From assembly GCF_006345805.1 (NCBI RefSeq), contig NC_043012.1:24986001-25050000 (forward strand): a stretch of 64,000 nucleotides of DNA, in the 5' to 3' direction. Made by a program: the position numbers and the translations under genes. Under the pieces are notes generated by a model that did not search any database, was not told the origin of the DNA, and worked only from the letters and a program-made list of their open reading frames with translations. Of this stretch, positions 12,925 through 25,470 are shown piece by piece. Origin of the DNA: Octopus sinensis. Lineage: Eukaryota. Position 1 is the stretch's first letter. The number at the start of each line of letters is the position of its first letter.

Positions 12925-12961
<37 letters not shown>

Positions 12962-13106
12962 ATATATTTATGTATATATATTCATACATATATATATATT
13001 TATATATATATATTCATATTATATATATATGCTTGTGTATATATATATATTTATATATATATATATTCATATTATATATATATGCTTGTGTATATATGCT
13101 TGTGTG

Positions 13107-13138
<32 letters not shown>

Positions 13139-13294
13139 ATATTCATATATATATATGCTTGTGGTGTTATATATATATATATAATATATATATATATTTA
13201 TAAATATATATTCATATATATAAATGCTTGTGTATATATATATATATTATTTATAAATATATATTCATATATATAAATGCTGTGTATATATAAT

Positions 13295-13326
<32 letters not shown>

Positions 13327-13467
13327 ATATATATATTTATATATATATTTATAAATATATATTCATATATATATAAATGCTTGTGTATATATATATTATA
13401 TATATATCTATATATAATATATATTATATATATATTTATAAATATATATTCATATATATAAATGCTT

Positions 13468-13514
<47 letters not shown>

Positions 13515-13720
13515 CATTTATATATATATTCATAATATATATGCTTGTATATATTTTATATATTTATATATATGTATATGCTTGTGTATATATATATTAT
13601 TTATATATATGCTTGTATATATATATATATTTATATATATATATATGCTTATTTGTATATATATATACTTATCTATAAGCTTGTGTGTGTGTATATATAT
13701 ATATTTATGCATAGCTATAT
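12720..13720. repeat. Long compound (TA)n tract with recurring TATTCATATAT and ATGCTTGTGT anchors
   Basis: Direct inspection. It is the source of the I/Y-rich ORFs. Confidence 0.9.
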
Positions 13721-14049
13721 ATATACATAGTCAACGACTATTGAAAAGGTTGCAAGACGCAACGAAAATTTTAGAAAAAAATAAGTAAATGAGTGGAAAT
13801 CGAACTGGTGTGTGTGTTAGGTAAGAAAGCACTAAAAGAGAATAATTCTCTCCAGACACTAATTTAATTGTCCAATGTTTTCTGTTTTTCCCTACTTTAT
13901 TCAAATATTTCTTCTAAACTCCTCTACTAAACTTAATTATCGTCTCAAGTATTCTCCTCTCCGACTTTGTTTCTTTATAACTTTCTGAATATTTGATACT
14001 TTTAATAAAGTTTTCTACAAATATCTTTTCGATTATACATCGTAATATG

Positions 14050-14290
14050 GTAGGCGTCGATTGGTCTCGTGAGGCCATGGATCTACGCCCGCAGAAATCG
14101 TGTCAGCTGCTGATGGTGTTGCAGTGTCTGTTGTGGTTGCAGGGGCCCACATGATATAGTCGCAGTCACGCATTCAGCGACTGCATTGGAAGGAGATACC
14201 TGCCGGTGCTACTGGTTTTTCCTTCCGTCGAGTGCGCTTTTCTTCGGTGGCGAGTTCCTGTTTTTCTTCCGCTCTCTTCATCCCCTTTTG
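14050..14290 (-). mobile_element. RTE-type LINE 3' terminus
   Basis: Minus-strand peptide KRAEEKQELATEEKRTRRKEK...SFQCSR resembles the RTE ORF C-terminus, followed by a short 3' end ATCCATGGCCTCACGAGACCAATCGACGCCTAC. Confidence 0.65.
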
Positions 14291-14960
14291 CAGTATTTGT
14301 CTCCGGAATGTGTAAGAAATATGTAGAGCCTGTGGAACCTGGATGACAGAATACCCAAGTGTGACAGAATAACCCAAGTTGGCACAGGAAGAATATAGGA
14401 CCAAGTTGTAAAAGTTTTACGTTGGAAACTTTGCCAGAAATGGGGATTTGAAGCTGGAAACACATGGTACAACCATCGAGTCGGAAGAGTAATGGAGTTG
14501 GAGAAATGTAAGATTTTGTGGGACTTTCCTATTCTAACGGACAAGAAATAAGAAAATAATAGACATTGGACATAACAATTATAGATAAGAACAAGCGAAG
14601 TTTCTTACTTATTGACACATCATTCCTGTTTGATTCCAGGATTGTAATGAAAGAGGTCAAAAAACAAAAAAGTACAATCCCTTACAATTTGAAATAGGAA
14701 GAATTTGGAGCATGCGAGCAGTAAAGGTCGTACCTTTGCAAAGATATCGACAAACATCTGAAGTAAATTGGAATAGAATGTCCTGTGGAGCTCCTACAGA
14801 GAGTTTGTTTGTTAGGGACTGCAAGAATTATCAGGAGAGTCCTAAGCACCTGAAAGACTGCTGAAAACTTGTGGACACGTAAGGTTACAGATAATAACCC
14901 ACTACCCACATAAATCCTACAAGGAATAAGACCGAACTCGAGTCAAACCAAATAATAATC
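14290..14960 (+). mobile_element. R4/Dong-clade LINE 3' fragment (zinc knuckle and restriction-like endonuclease)
   Basis: Peptide remnants CRACG, KVLRWKLCQKWG, KILWDFPILTDK, LLID and LGTARIIRRVL. Ends in ATAATAATC. Confidence 0.8.
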
Positions 14961-14964
14961 CTTT

Positions 14965-15286
14965 CTTCTAAATCAAAGTCGACCTCGTTGGAATTTGAAC
15001 TCAGAACGTAAAGATGGACGAACTGTTGCTAAGCATTTTGCCCGACGTGCTAACGATGTTGCCAGCTCAACACCTTCGGTAATAATAATCATCCTTTCTA
15101 GCACAGATACATGGTCTGAAATTTGATTACATCGACCCAGTGTTTCACTGGTACTTAATTTACAGACCCCGAAGGCTGGAAGGCAAAGTCAACCGCGGCG
15201 GAATTGGAACTCAAAACGTAAGGATGGACAAAATGCCGCTAAGCATTTTATCCGGCGTGCTAAATGAGCTTGCCAGCTTACCACCT

Positions 15287-15318
<32 letters not shown>

Positions 15319-15530
15319 TTCAAATTTTGCCACAAGTGCAGCAGTTTTGGGAGAGGGGATGAGTCGATTACATCGACCCTAGTTTTCAACTGGTACTTAT
15401 TAAAATGACTCCGAAAGAATGAAAGCCTACTCGATTTTGACGGAATTTGAACTCAGAACTTAAGGACGGACGAAACGTTGCTAAACATTTTTCCCGCCGT
15501 GCTAACGATTCTGCCAACTCGCCGCCTTAA
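14965..15530 (-). mobile_element. Cluster of three SINE family A copies separated by (AAT)n
   Basis: Repeated AAAGTCGACC...GAATTTGAACTCAGAACGT...GCCAGCTC motifs at about 14965-15075, 15095-15283 and 15315-15530. Confidence 0.85.
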
Positions 15531-15847
15531 TATTGGTATCTTAGCCCCTAAGGGGAATAGATGACGGATGGAGAACATCACAAGGAGATGAAACAATTTG
15601 AGTGGGGATTTACATAGAGGATGGGAAGAAAGAATTGGAAAAGACTGAAAATGCGATAAAACTATCCATAGAATACCAAGAATGAAATAACATGAATGAT
15701 GAGTCCTCTAGATAGAGGAGAAACTCCAACAAGGACTAATCAAGGAACACCACAGATCCAGGATTACTCTGACCACAAAAGGTATGAGCCCTCTCTGCTG
15801 CATTCTAATCTACAGGTGCATACTTAGAGTAAGGCCTTTGACGCTAA

Positions 15848-15947
15848 NNNNNNNNNNNNNNNNNNNNNNNNNNNNNNNNNNNNNNNNNNNNNNNNNNNNN
15901 NNNNNNNNNNNNNNNNNNNNNNNNNNNNNNNNNNNNNNNNNNNNNNN
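15848..15947. other. Assembly gap (100 N)
   Basis: Run of N. Contiguity across it is not guaranteed. Confidence 1.
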
Positions 15948-15959
15948 ATACAGGATCGG

Positions 15960-16440
15960 ACTAGTCTGTGTGGTTAATAAGCTTGCTTTACAGACACATG
16001 GTTTTGGCTTCGGTCCCTCTGCGCGGCACATTAGGCTGATGTCTTCCGCCAAAGCCCTGGACCAACCAGTGTCTTGGGTGATAATATGTTAGACGGTGTA
16101 GAAAACCGTCGCACGCACCTGGGTTTGTACGCCACCACACTTCACAATTGGTGTTGGTTTGTTTGCGTTCCCATAACTTAGTGAGTTGGTTAAAGAAAAC
16201 GATAGAGAAATGACCAGATTTGTTGGTACGTGTGTATAATTTTCTGTTTGTTTCCTTACGAAATGAAAACTGGTTTTTGTTTTGGTTCTGCCTCTGAAAG
16301 AGCGGTTCTGCAAAAGTTCAAATACAATAAGTACCAGATTTTAAAAAAAGTTGCGGGTCTGATTTGTTCGACTAAATCTTTCAAGGCGGTGCCATAGCAT
16401 GGGCGTAGTCCAATAAGTGAATCAAGTAAAAGATCAAAGA
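15960..16440 (+). mobile_element. SINE family B, old and diverged
   Basis: Head GTCTGTGTGGTTAATAAGCTTGC...CACATGG and 3' part GATTTGTTCGACTAAA...GGCGGTGCCATAGCATGG...CAAGTAAAAGA. Confidence 0.7.
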
Positions 16441-16483
16441 GAACATTCGTTTTCTTTTAACATTCATATATTTCTTTCCCCTG

Positions 16484-16860
16484 TCGTTACGTTCTGAGTT
16501 CAAATTCCGCAGAGGTCGACTTTGCCTTTCATCCTTTTGGGGTCGATAAATTAAGTACCTATTTCTTTATTACCACAAGGGGCTAAACATAGAGGGGACA
16601 AACAAGGACAGACATAGGTATTAAGTCGATTACATCGACCCCAGTGCGTAACTGGTACTTAATTTATCGATCCCGAAAGGATGAAAGGCAAAGTCGACAT
16701 CGGCGGAATTTGAACTCAGAACGTAGCGGCAGACGAAATACCGCATAGCATTTCGCCCGGCGTGCTAACGATTCTACCAGCTCGCCGCCGATAAATTAAG
16801 TACCAGTTGCGTACTGGGGTTAATCTAATCGAATCCCCCCTCTCACAAGGCCCGAATTCC
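16484..16860. mobile_element. SINE A (+) interrupted by an antisense SINE A (16560-16788) with 16-bp TSD
   Basis: CGATAAATTAAGTACC at 16544-16559 and 16789-16804. The + copy resumes after the second TSD. Confidence 0.9.
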
Positions 16861-16861
16861 G

Positions 16862-16909
<48 letters not shown>

Positions 16910-17000
16910 ATATATAGATAGATAGATAAATAGATAGAAGATAGTTAGATATAAAGCACGATTTATTCGCGATCAGTGTGCTCGAAAACCGAAGTACTAC

Positions 17001-17035
<35 letters not shown>

Positions 17036-17250
17036 AATATGTGTGTGTGGTTGTATGTATATATATATTATACATACATTATATATATACACACACACAC
17101 CATATATATACATATATATATATATATATACAATATATTTACTTATATATACATATAAATTATATATAATATATATATTGTATGCATGTATGTATGTGTC
17201 TATAGTATATGTGTGTATATATATTATATATATACATATTTATATATATA

Positions 17251-17349
<99 letters not shown>

Positions 17350-17399
17350 CACACCTATATATACATATATATGTGTGTATCTGTGTGTGGGATGGCAAC

Positions 17400-17800
17400 T
17401 GAACACGTTGCAAATGATGTTTTCACCATTTATGAACTATAAGTTGTCGGCTGCCCAATGTATACTTATTTGATGATTGATTCTTTGTTAACTGGTTCGT
17501 TACCTATAAATGGACTGTTCTTCATTCTAATTCATTCTTACTCATAGTATTTCTCTCTTGTATGCATCAAGCCAACAAGCAAATATCGGAATTCATTCTG
17601 AACGAAATAAGCGAAACGGAAATTAAAGAACGAGGTACATTTTGCCAAGTCACTTGACGAGGCACATCTGCACGCGAATAATGCATCACACCTATTTGTA
17701 CAAAATCCTACCCGCGAGAAGAGACGATGTGGATGGCTCGAAACGATCGTAGTGATCAATAAAGACACCTCTCTTGGGAATTCCGTTTTCCCTTTCTCTC
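17400..17800 (+). mobile_element. Probable PLE-derived repeat with hammerhead relic
   Basis: GAAGAGAC...GGCTCGAAACGATCGTAGTG...AATAAA motif at 17713-17763. Confidence 0.45.
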
Positions 17801-17822
17801 CTTATACATACATGCATACGTA

Positions 17823-17882
<60 letters not shown>

Positions 17883-18709
17883 AACACTTATAAATATATA
17901 TGTTTATATATATATGCATATATGTGTATGTATATATATATATATATATACACCACACATAAATCTATGTGCATGTATTTATATCAGTAAATATAATTAC
18001 ACACACACGCACACATATATGCAGCGTATATTCATATTTAAGAACAAATATATTTTATTTCAACAAAATAGCTATAAAGAGAAAGAGTCGTCTCTTTTCT
18101 AAAACAAACAACTATGTTATAAATATAATTAATAGCATCACATTTTTATCTGCAGAGACTATGTTGTGTCGTCTTTAGATTCAGCCAATTGAAGATCTCC
18201 ACAATAGTGCTTAAATTTATATATAAAATAAATACGTATAAAAGGAAAAACGTGAAAGAAACGACAAATCCACTTTAAGCTACATATTTATCAAAAACGA
18301 AAAGTTCAAACGCAATATATATATATATGTATATATATGTGTGTGTATATATATACAGGACAAAACAAAAACGAAGAAAAACAACAACAAAAACAGCAAA
18401 GAAACTGCAAAATAACAGTCGGAAGTCGACTTTTCGAGTTCCACTCGAGACTTAGTATATGAGTAATACATGTTAACTGTTTAGAAGCTCTACAATAAAA
18501 TATTGACTAACTGTCAGAAATTGTCAAAACATGTTAGATTACACTGAAGTTTACTCTGGAGGGATACACGTGATATTTTCAATTGCTTTTTCCAAAGTTA
18601 CGCTAGACATACAAATACGTACACATTTGTTCACATATATTCATAAATACATACAAATATGCATAATGTACATAATATAGATTAATATTTTAATATGTGT
18701 AATATACAC

Positions 18710-18900
18710 AAGGCGGCGAGCCGCCAGCATAGTTTGCAAAAATGCTTCGAAGCATCTCGTCCTTGTTCAAATTCTGCCGAGGTCGACTTTGCATTTCGTC
18801 CTTTCGCTCTCGTTTAAATAAGTTCCAGTTGAGTACTGGGGTCGTTGCAACCGTCTTATCTCCTTCCCGAAATTGGTGGCCTTGTGCTAAAGTTTGAAAT
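18710..18900 (+). mobile_element. SINE family A
   Basis: AAGGCGGCGAGCCGCCAG...GTTCAAATTCTGCCGAGGTCGACTTTGC...GGCCTTGTGC. Confidence 0.85.
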
Positions 18901-18919
18901 CAACATATATATATACAAC

Positions 18920-19115
18920 GGGAAGGTTTACGAAACTAAACAAAAGACGAAGGCAGGTGGAGTACAAACAAACAATGTATTAGTATGGCGCTCAGGAATA
19001 GAAATAAGACAAGTCTTTTACGTTTCGAGCCTACGCTCTTCGACAGAAAGATACAAAGAAAAGAAACAAGGAGAGAAACAAGGAGAGAAAAAAATTGCGT
19101 GTAGGAGCTAACGAT
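18920..19115 (-). mobile_element. Repeat family H1 copy with the best-preserved hammerhead-like motif (19014-19051)
   Basis: Minus strand TCTTT CTGTCGA A GAGC GTAG GCTC GAAA CGT A AAAGA. Confidence 0.75.
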
Positions 19116-19145
19116 CCAACATATATATATATACATTATACATAC

Positions 19146-19200
<55 letters not shown>

Positions 19201-19257
19201 CACATACATACATACATACATACATACATACATACATGCATACATACATACACACAC

Positions 19258-19288
<31 letters not shown>

Positions 19289-19409
19289 ATATACAAATTG
19301 AGTATACATACATACATACATACATGCATACGTACATACATACATATACATACATAGATATACATACATACATACATATATACATATATATCTTATATAT
19401 ATATATATA

Positions 19410-19560
19410 CACACACATGGCTTCCCAACCACATTGTCCCTGGTTCCGTCACACTGCGTGGTACCTTGAGCGAGTGTCTCCTACTATACCCACGGGCCAA
19501 CCAAAGCCTTATGAGTGGATTTGGTAAACGCAAACTGAAAGAAGGTCGTTATGTATTGTA
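19410..19560 (+). mobile_element. SINE family B 5' part
   Basis: CCAACCACAT...CACTGCGTGGTACCTTG...AAAGCCTTATGAGTGGATTTGGTAAACGCAAACTGAAAGAAG. Confidence 0.8.
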
Positions 19561-19583
19561 TATGTGTGTGTGTGCGCGTGTGT

Positions 19584-19900
19584 GGAAGCGCAATGGCCCA
19601 GTGGTTAGGGCAGCGGACTCGCGGTTGTAGGATTGCAGTTTCGATTACCAGACTGGGCGTTGTGAGTGTTTAGTGAGCGAAAACACATAAATCTAAACTC
19701 CACGCGGCTCTGGCACGGGGTGGTGAAGATCCCTGCTGTACTCTTTCACCACAACATTCTCTCATTCTTTCTTCTGTTTGCCTGCTCGCTTAGCCAGCGG
19801 GGTGGCATCATTTGAAGGCTAAAACAATGTGAAGCGCATTGTGAACAGCGATGTGTAGCAACATCTGATAACCTGGTCAGTCACGGTGATCACGGTGATA
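19584..19900 (+). mobile_element. tRNA-derived SINE family C
   Basis: A-box-like TGGCCCAGTGG, B-box-like GTTTCGATTAC, a unique body and a tandem tail (CACGGTGAT)2. Confidence 0.75.
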
Positions 19901-19939
19901 TATATATATATATATATGTGTTTATATAGTAGCAATGCT

Positions 19940-20280
19940 CTGCTGCTACTTATTTCAACGACACCGAAAAAATGAAAGGCAGAAATCCCTCTGGGTCGAA
20001 ATCGATCTCATGAAGGAAAACGTAGAAGAAACGTCGCTAAGTATTTGGTCCGGTGTGCTAACGATTCTGCCAGCTCACCGCCTTAATAATACTAAAAATG
20101 GTTTCCAATATAGACACAAACCCTGAAATTTTGACTTCAATGTTTATCTGGCACTTATTTTATCGACACCAAAAGCACGTACGGCAAAGTCGATCGCGTT
20201 TGAACTTAGAGCGTAAAGACAGACGAAATGCTGCTAAGCATTTTGTGCGGATTGCTAATGGTTCTGCCAGCTCACCGCTT
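19940..20280 (-). mobile_element. Two diverged SINE family A copies
   Basis: TGCTAACGATTCTGCCAGCTCACCGCC and GGTTCTGCCAGCTCACCGC heads on the minus strand. Confidence 0.75.
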
Positions 20281-20285
20281 GAGTT

Positions 20286-20353
<68 letters not shown>

Positions 20354-20390
20354 ATTATTATTAATATTATTATTATTATTATTATTATTA

Positions 20391-21230
20391 AGTAGTTTTA
20401 TTTTTATAACGTGCTTCACTTCACTACCGAGCGCAGCTCTGTGTGCCTTGGGTATGTGCTGTGATTTGTGTGATGCTTTGATGGTTATCGTATGGAAAGT
20501 GTTCTGCGTAGGATGTGTGCGGGCCTAGTAGTGCAATTTTCTGTATGTTATATGTGTTTGTAAGTCCTGGTGTTTTTGTTAGTATTTGTCTGAATATTTT
20601 TTATCGTGCCTAATGCACCTACTATGATAGGAATTGTTTCTGTTTTAGATTCCACATTCTGGTTACCTTTATTTCCAGGTCTTTGTATTTTGAAAGTTTC
20701 TCCATTTCTTTAGAGACAACGTTGTCATCTGCCGGTATTGATACATCAATTAGAAAGCATTTTTTTCTTCATGGTCTCTGAAACTATATCTGGTCTGTTG
20801 GCCTAATTTCTCTATCTGTGTGTATCGGCATATCCCAGAGTAGGTTGCTTTCTCGTTTTCTGTGACCTTTTCTGGTGTGTGCCTATACCATCTTTTTTCT
20901 GTTGTTATTCCATAATGTTGCATAGCTTCCAGTGTATGTAGGTTCCAACTCTGTCATGTCTGTGAATATATTCCTTCTTAGCCAGGACTGGGCAGCCAGA
21001 GATTATATGATTTATTGTTTCTTGTCCATCTCCACATATTCTGCAGTTACTTGTTATATTTCTTTTCATTACATGTTTTTGGCAATTTCTGGTGGGGATG
21101 CTTTGTTCTTGTGCTGCAATTAAAAATCCCTCTGTCTCTGCTTTGAGTCCTGAGCTTCTCAACCATTGCTGGGATTTTTCTTTGTCTATTTCTTTTGCAT
21201 TTAGTTTAGTCCAGTATTTTTTTGCCATCG
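20391..21230 (-). mobile_element. R4/Dong-clade LINE, 5'-truncated, 3' end joined to (TAA)n
   Basis: ORF 20905-21228: WLRSSGLKAETEGFLIAAQEQ...CRICGDGQETINHIISGCPVLAKKEYIHRHDRVGTYIHWKLC (CCHC knuckle). RLE-type segments (RPDIV, CFLIDVSIPADDN) follow. The 3' UTR ends ...AAAACTACT followed by TAATAATAA. Confidence 0.88.
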
Positions 21231-21322
21231 TTTATCATGGTTCTTTGCTGTTCTAGTTTTAGTTTGGATTTCATTCGTTTTATTTGTTTATTATTTGTTT
21301 TATTTATTCATCATCATCATCA

Positions 21323-21470
<148 letters not shown>

Positions 21471-22375
21471 TAAGGTTTCCTTTCATTATAACCTTATTTC
21501 AGCTGCCTTAGTACCGGGCATCCTCCGGAGGCTAAGCATGGGCACTTTTGTTTTGCAATGCATGCCAAAATTATTACCTCATTTATTCCATTTTAGATGG
21601 AAACTGCTTTCCGTAGCATATGGGCTGAACCCATCAAGGTAATCTTTTGTAGTTCATGGAAATTGGAGTTACCAGGTAGTTGCTTAATATACTTCTCAGC
21701 TTTCATCTTTATCATTCCCAATGGTATTATCGTAATATTAAGCTTCCACAATTTGTGATTTCATTTCGCAGATCTTTATAGTGAGACAGCTTTTCGTATT
21801 CCTTTATTGAGACATTTTGATCTTGTGAGACAGACATGTCTCTTAACAGACAAGTTTCCCTGTTGTAGTCTTTGATCACAGTGTCTGGTCGATTGGAGTC
21901 AATTTTCTATCTGTTTTTATTGGGAAGTTCCAAAGGATGATGACACCCTCGCCATTTATTACATCCTCGAGATGGTGCCTGTACCACTGACCATAGGATT
22001 TAATTTTGCAGTATTTACAAGCAAACAAGTGGATGTACTACCGTAGTCTGTCCCGTCTTACGGGGTATTCCTTTTCAGCGTGGACTGGGCAGCCAGAAAC
22101 AACGTGATCAATTGTCTCTGTGAATTTTCCGCAAATTCTGCACGAGGGGGTCAAATCCATCTTTAAGGCCATTTGCATGGTTGTTTCTGAGAGATAGACT
22201 CAGAACTTGCGCTGCAATAATAAAGCCTTGTTTCCCTTTTCAGACCTCTCCCTTGTAGCTAATGGTGTGTTAGCTTTTGATCAATATCTGTATTGGACAT
22301 GTGGTTTGGATATTATCCATACAGGAATTTACCTTTCCAGTTGTCTTTGATATTATTCATGTAAGTCTTCTTTAC
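21471..22375 (-). mobile_element. Second R4/Dong-clade LINE fragment (different subfamily)
   Basis: Remnants GFIIAAQ, SCRICGKFTETIDHVVSGCP and RPDTV. The 3' end abuts the (TTA/TCA)n tract at 21310-21470. Confidence 0.82.
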
Positions 22376-22399
22376 TTTTTGTTTGATGTTTTTTGCATC

Positions 22400-22443
22400 A
22401 ATGGTATGTTGTTGTTATAATCATCATCAACATCATCATCATC

Positions 22444-22475
<32 letters not shown>

Positions 22476-22639
22476 TATAGTAGTAGTAGTAGTAGTAGTA
22501 GTAGTACCAGCTGTAGCAACAGCAGCAACAACAGCTGTAGCATCATCGGCGGTAGTAGAAGTAGTAGTGGTTGCAGCGGTAGGAGCAGTAGCACTAGTAT
22601 CACAGCAGTTGCTGCAACAGAAACAGAAGCAGGAGCAGG

Positions 22640-22709
<70 letters not shown>

Positions 22710-22734
22710 AATATGATGATGATGATGATGGTGG

Positions 22735-22767
<33 letters not shown>

Positions 22768-22779
22768 CGATGATGGTGG

Positions 22780-22811
<32 letters not shown>

Positions 22812-22875
22812 TTGATGATGATGGTGGAGAGATGATGTGATGATGATGATGATGTGGGGATGATGATGATGATGA

Positions 22876-22907
<32 letters not shown>

Positions 22908-22920
22908 GGTGATGATGATG

Positions 22921-22952
<32 letters not shown>

Positions 22953-23009
22953 GATGGTGGTGAGATGATGATGATGTGATGATGATGATGATGATGACGA
23001 TGGATGATG

Positions 23010-23099
<90 letters not shown>

Positions 23100-23139
23100 G
23101 ATGATGATGATGATGGTGGGATGATGATGATGACGGTGG

Positions 23140-23189
<50 letters not shown>

Positions 23190-23210
23190 TTGATGTTGAT
23201 GCATTCCAAG
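22400..23210. repeat. About 800-bp compound trinucleotide array (CAT)>(TAT)>(TAG)>(CAG)>(TAG)>(GAT)
   Basis: Direct inspection. It explains the 244-268 aa homopolymer ORFs. Confidence 0.95.
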
Positions 23211-23439
23211 ATAAGTACAGGTTCAGAATTACTTCAAGAATTTCCTTGATAGTGATTTTTCACTGGAATATGTCTGGAAAATTATAAAAGCAAACAGGAA
23301 TATAGAAAACAAAGAAGAAGAATAACAAGTAAAACGAAAGAAAAAAAAAGAAAACTAGAAGGAAAAAGAAGGAAGGAGAGAACAAGGAAAAATAACACAG
23401 AATCCGCCCACGTAAAGATAAATGTTGTGTGTTTATCGA

Positions 23440-23900
23440 TCTTCGAATATTTGAGACATCATCATCGTCGTCGTCGTCACCCACATCATCATCATCATCA
23501 TCGTCATCGCCAACACAGCCAATATCGCCATATCCACCACCAACACTACCACTACAACCAAAACCACTAACAGCACCATCACAACCACAACCCATATCAT
23601 GATTATTATCCTCCTCCACCTCCTCCTTTCCCTTCTCCTCCTCCTCCTCATCATCACAATTATCATCATCAGCATCAGTATCATGCTCATCGTCATTTTC
23701 CTCATGCTTGTCGTACACGACGTCTTCACAACGATCATCATCATCATCATCATTACTATCACCCCATTACCACCACTGCCATCATCGTGGTGGTGGTCCT
23801 CGTCAGCATCATCGTCATCGTCATTAACATCGTCATCATTGTCATCATCATCATTATCGTCATCGTCATTATCATCATTGTCATCATCACCATCAACAAC
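23440..23900. repeat. Degenerate (CAT/CAC/CTC)n array
   Basis: Direct inspection. Confidence 0.9.
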
Positions 23901-24372
23901 TGTAACGTGGAAGGTAGGAATGAAAGACAGAAAAGGAAGAAGATCTGAAAGGAAAAAAAAAAAGACAATGGCAACAGAAGCAAAAGACATGAAGAAGGAA
24001 AGCGGACGAAGAGAAAGAAGAGAATCTAAAGGGAATGAAGAAAGAAAGAAACAAAGAAACAAAGAAAGAAAAGAAGATAGAAGGAAAGAGGTATTACGGC
24101 GAGTTAAGTTTAGAGACAATTGCTGAAAATGGAAGACAATTTAAATGTTGTCTGAGTGTCCGTAGGAATATGATAAACATGAGGAATAAAAACAGTGGTG
24201 AAGAAAGGGAAATAGTTTGAGAGGGAGGAGAGGAATATATATATATATAATATATATATATGTATATATATAGATATATATATATATATGTGGGTGTGGT
24301 GTGTGTGTATATATCTATATATATATATGTATATATTTATGTATATATTTATGTATGTATGTATGTAGTATG

Positions 24373-24438
<66 letters not shown>

Positions 24439-24909
24439 AATGTATGTATGTAAGGAGTGAGAGAGAAAGAAGAAGTGGAGAGATGAAGATAACACTGAGA
24501 TGGAAATATAAGGAAAGACTGTGAAGGAACTAATACTAAAACGAGAGGATGATAGAAGAGAAAGAACGAGAGGTAAAAGAGACAGAGAGAGAGGAGGACA
24601 GACATACAAACAGACAGACAGACAGAGACAGAGAGTGAGAGAGATACAGAGAGAAAGGAGGGGGAACACTGGCACTTGAGTTTGAGGTTTCCATATTTTA
24701 AGCAAAACCAATTCCGAAAGTTTGTTAATAATATTTTTTTCTACCTTTCTTGACTTCGTTGTAAAAAGAATTTAAAGAAATACGATACTGATATCAATAT
24801 CAGTTAGCAATTTATCTCGGTGAAAGTTCAATAACTACAAAAATAAAGAAATAAATGTGTGTATGTAAATAAAATAAGGTATAAATAAAAATTCCAAAAC
24901 TACAATCTT

Positions 24910-25174
24910 TTGATTCATTTTTTGTATGTATGTATGTATGTATGTATGTATGTATGTATGTATGTGTGTGTATGTATGTATGTATGTATGTATGTATTTG
25001 TATGTATGTATGTATGTATGTATGTATGTATGCATGTATGTATTTATGTATGTATGTATGTGTGTATGTATGTATGTATCTGTCTGTCTGTCTGTCTACC
25101 TACCTACCTATCTATCTATGTATCTATCTATTTATCTGCCTATCTGTCTATCTTTCAATCTATCGATCTGTCTG

Positions 25175-25239
<65 letters not shown>

Positions 25240-25264
25240 TTATCTATCTATCTATCTATCATTT

Positions 25265-25313
<49 letters not shown>

Positions 25314-25400
25314 GATCTATCTATCTATCTATATCGATTATCTATCTATTTATCTTTTTATCTATCTATCTATCTATCTATCTATCGATTATCTAAACTG
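24910..25400. repeat. (TATG)n followed by (TATC)n tetranucleotide arrays
   Basis: Direct inspection. It explains the MYVC/LSIY ORFs. Confidence 0.95.
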
Positions 25401-25438
25401 TCTGTCTGTTCCTCTTGTGTGTGTGTGTTGTGTGTGTG

Positions 25439-25470
<32 letters not shown>

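Noticed and set aside
15784-16092. ORFs spanning X residues
   Set aside because: Artefact of the 100-N gap.
22383-24126. ORFs of 150-268 aa with poly-H/S/I/M/D
   Set aside because: All derive from (CAT)/(GAT)/(TAG) arrays. Stop-free frames are expected from these units.
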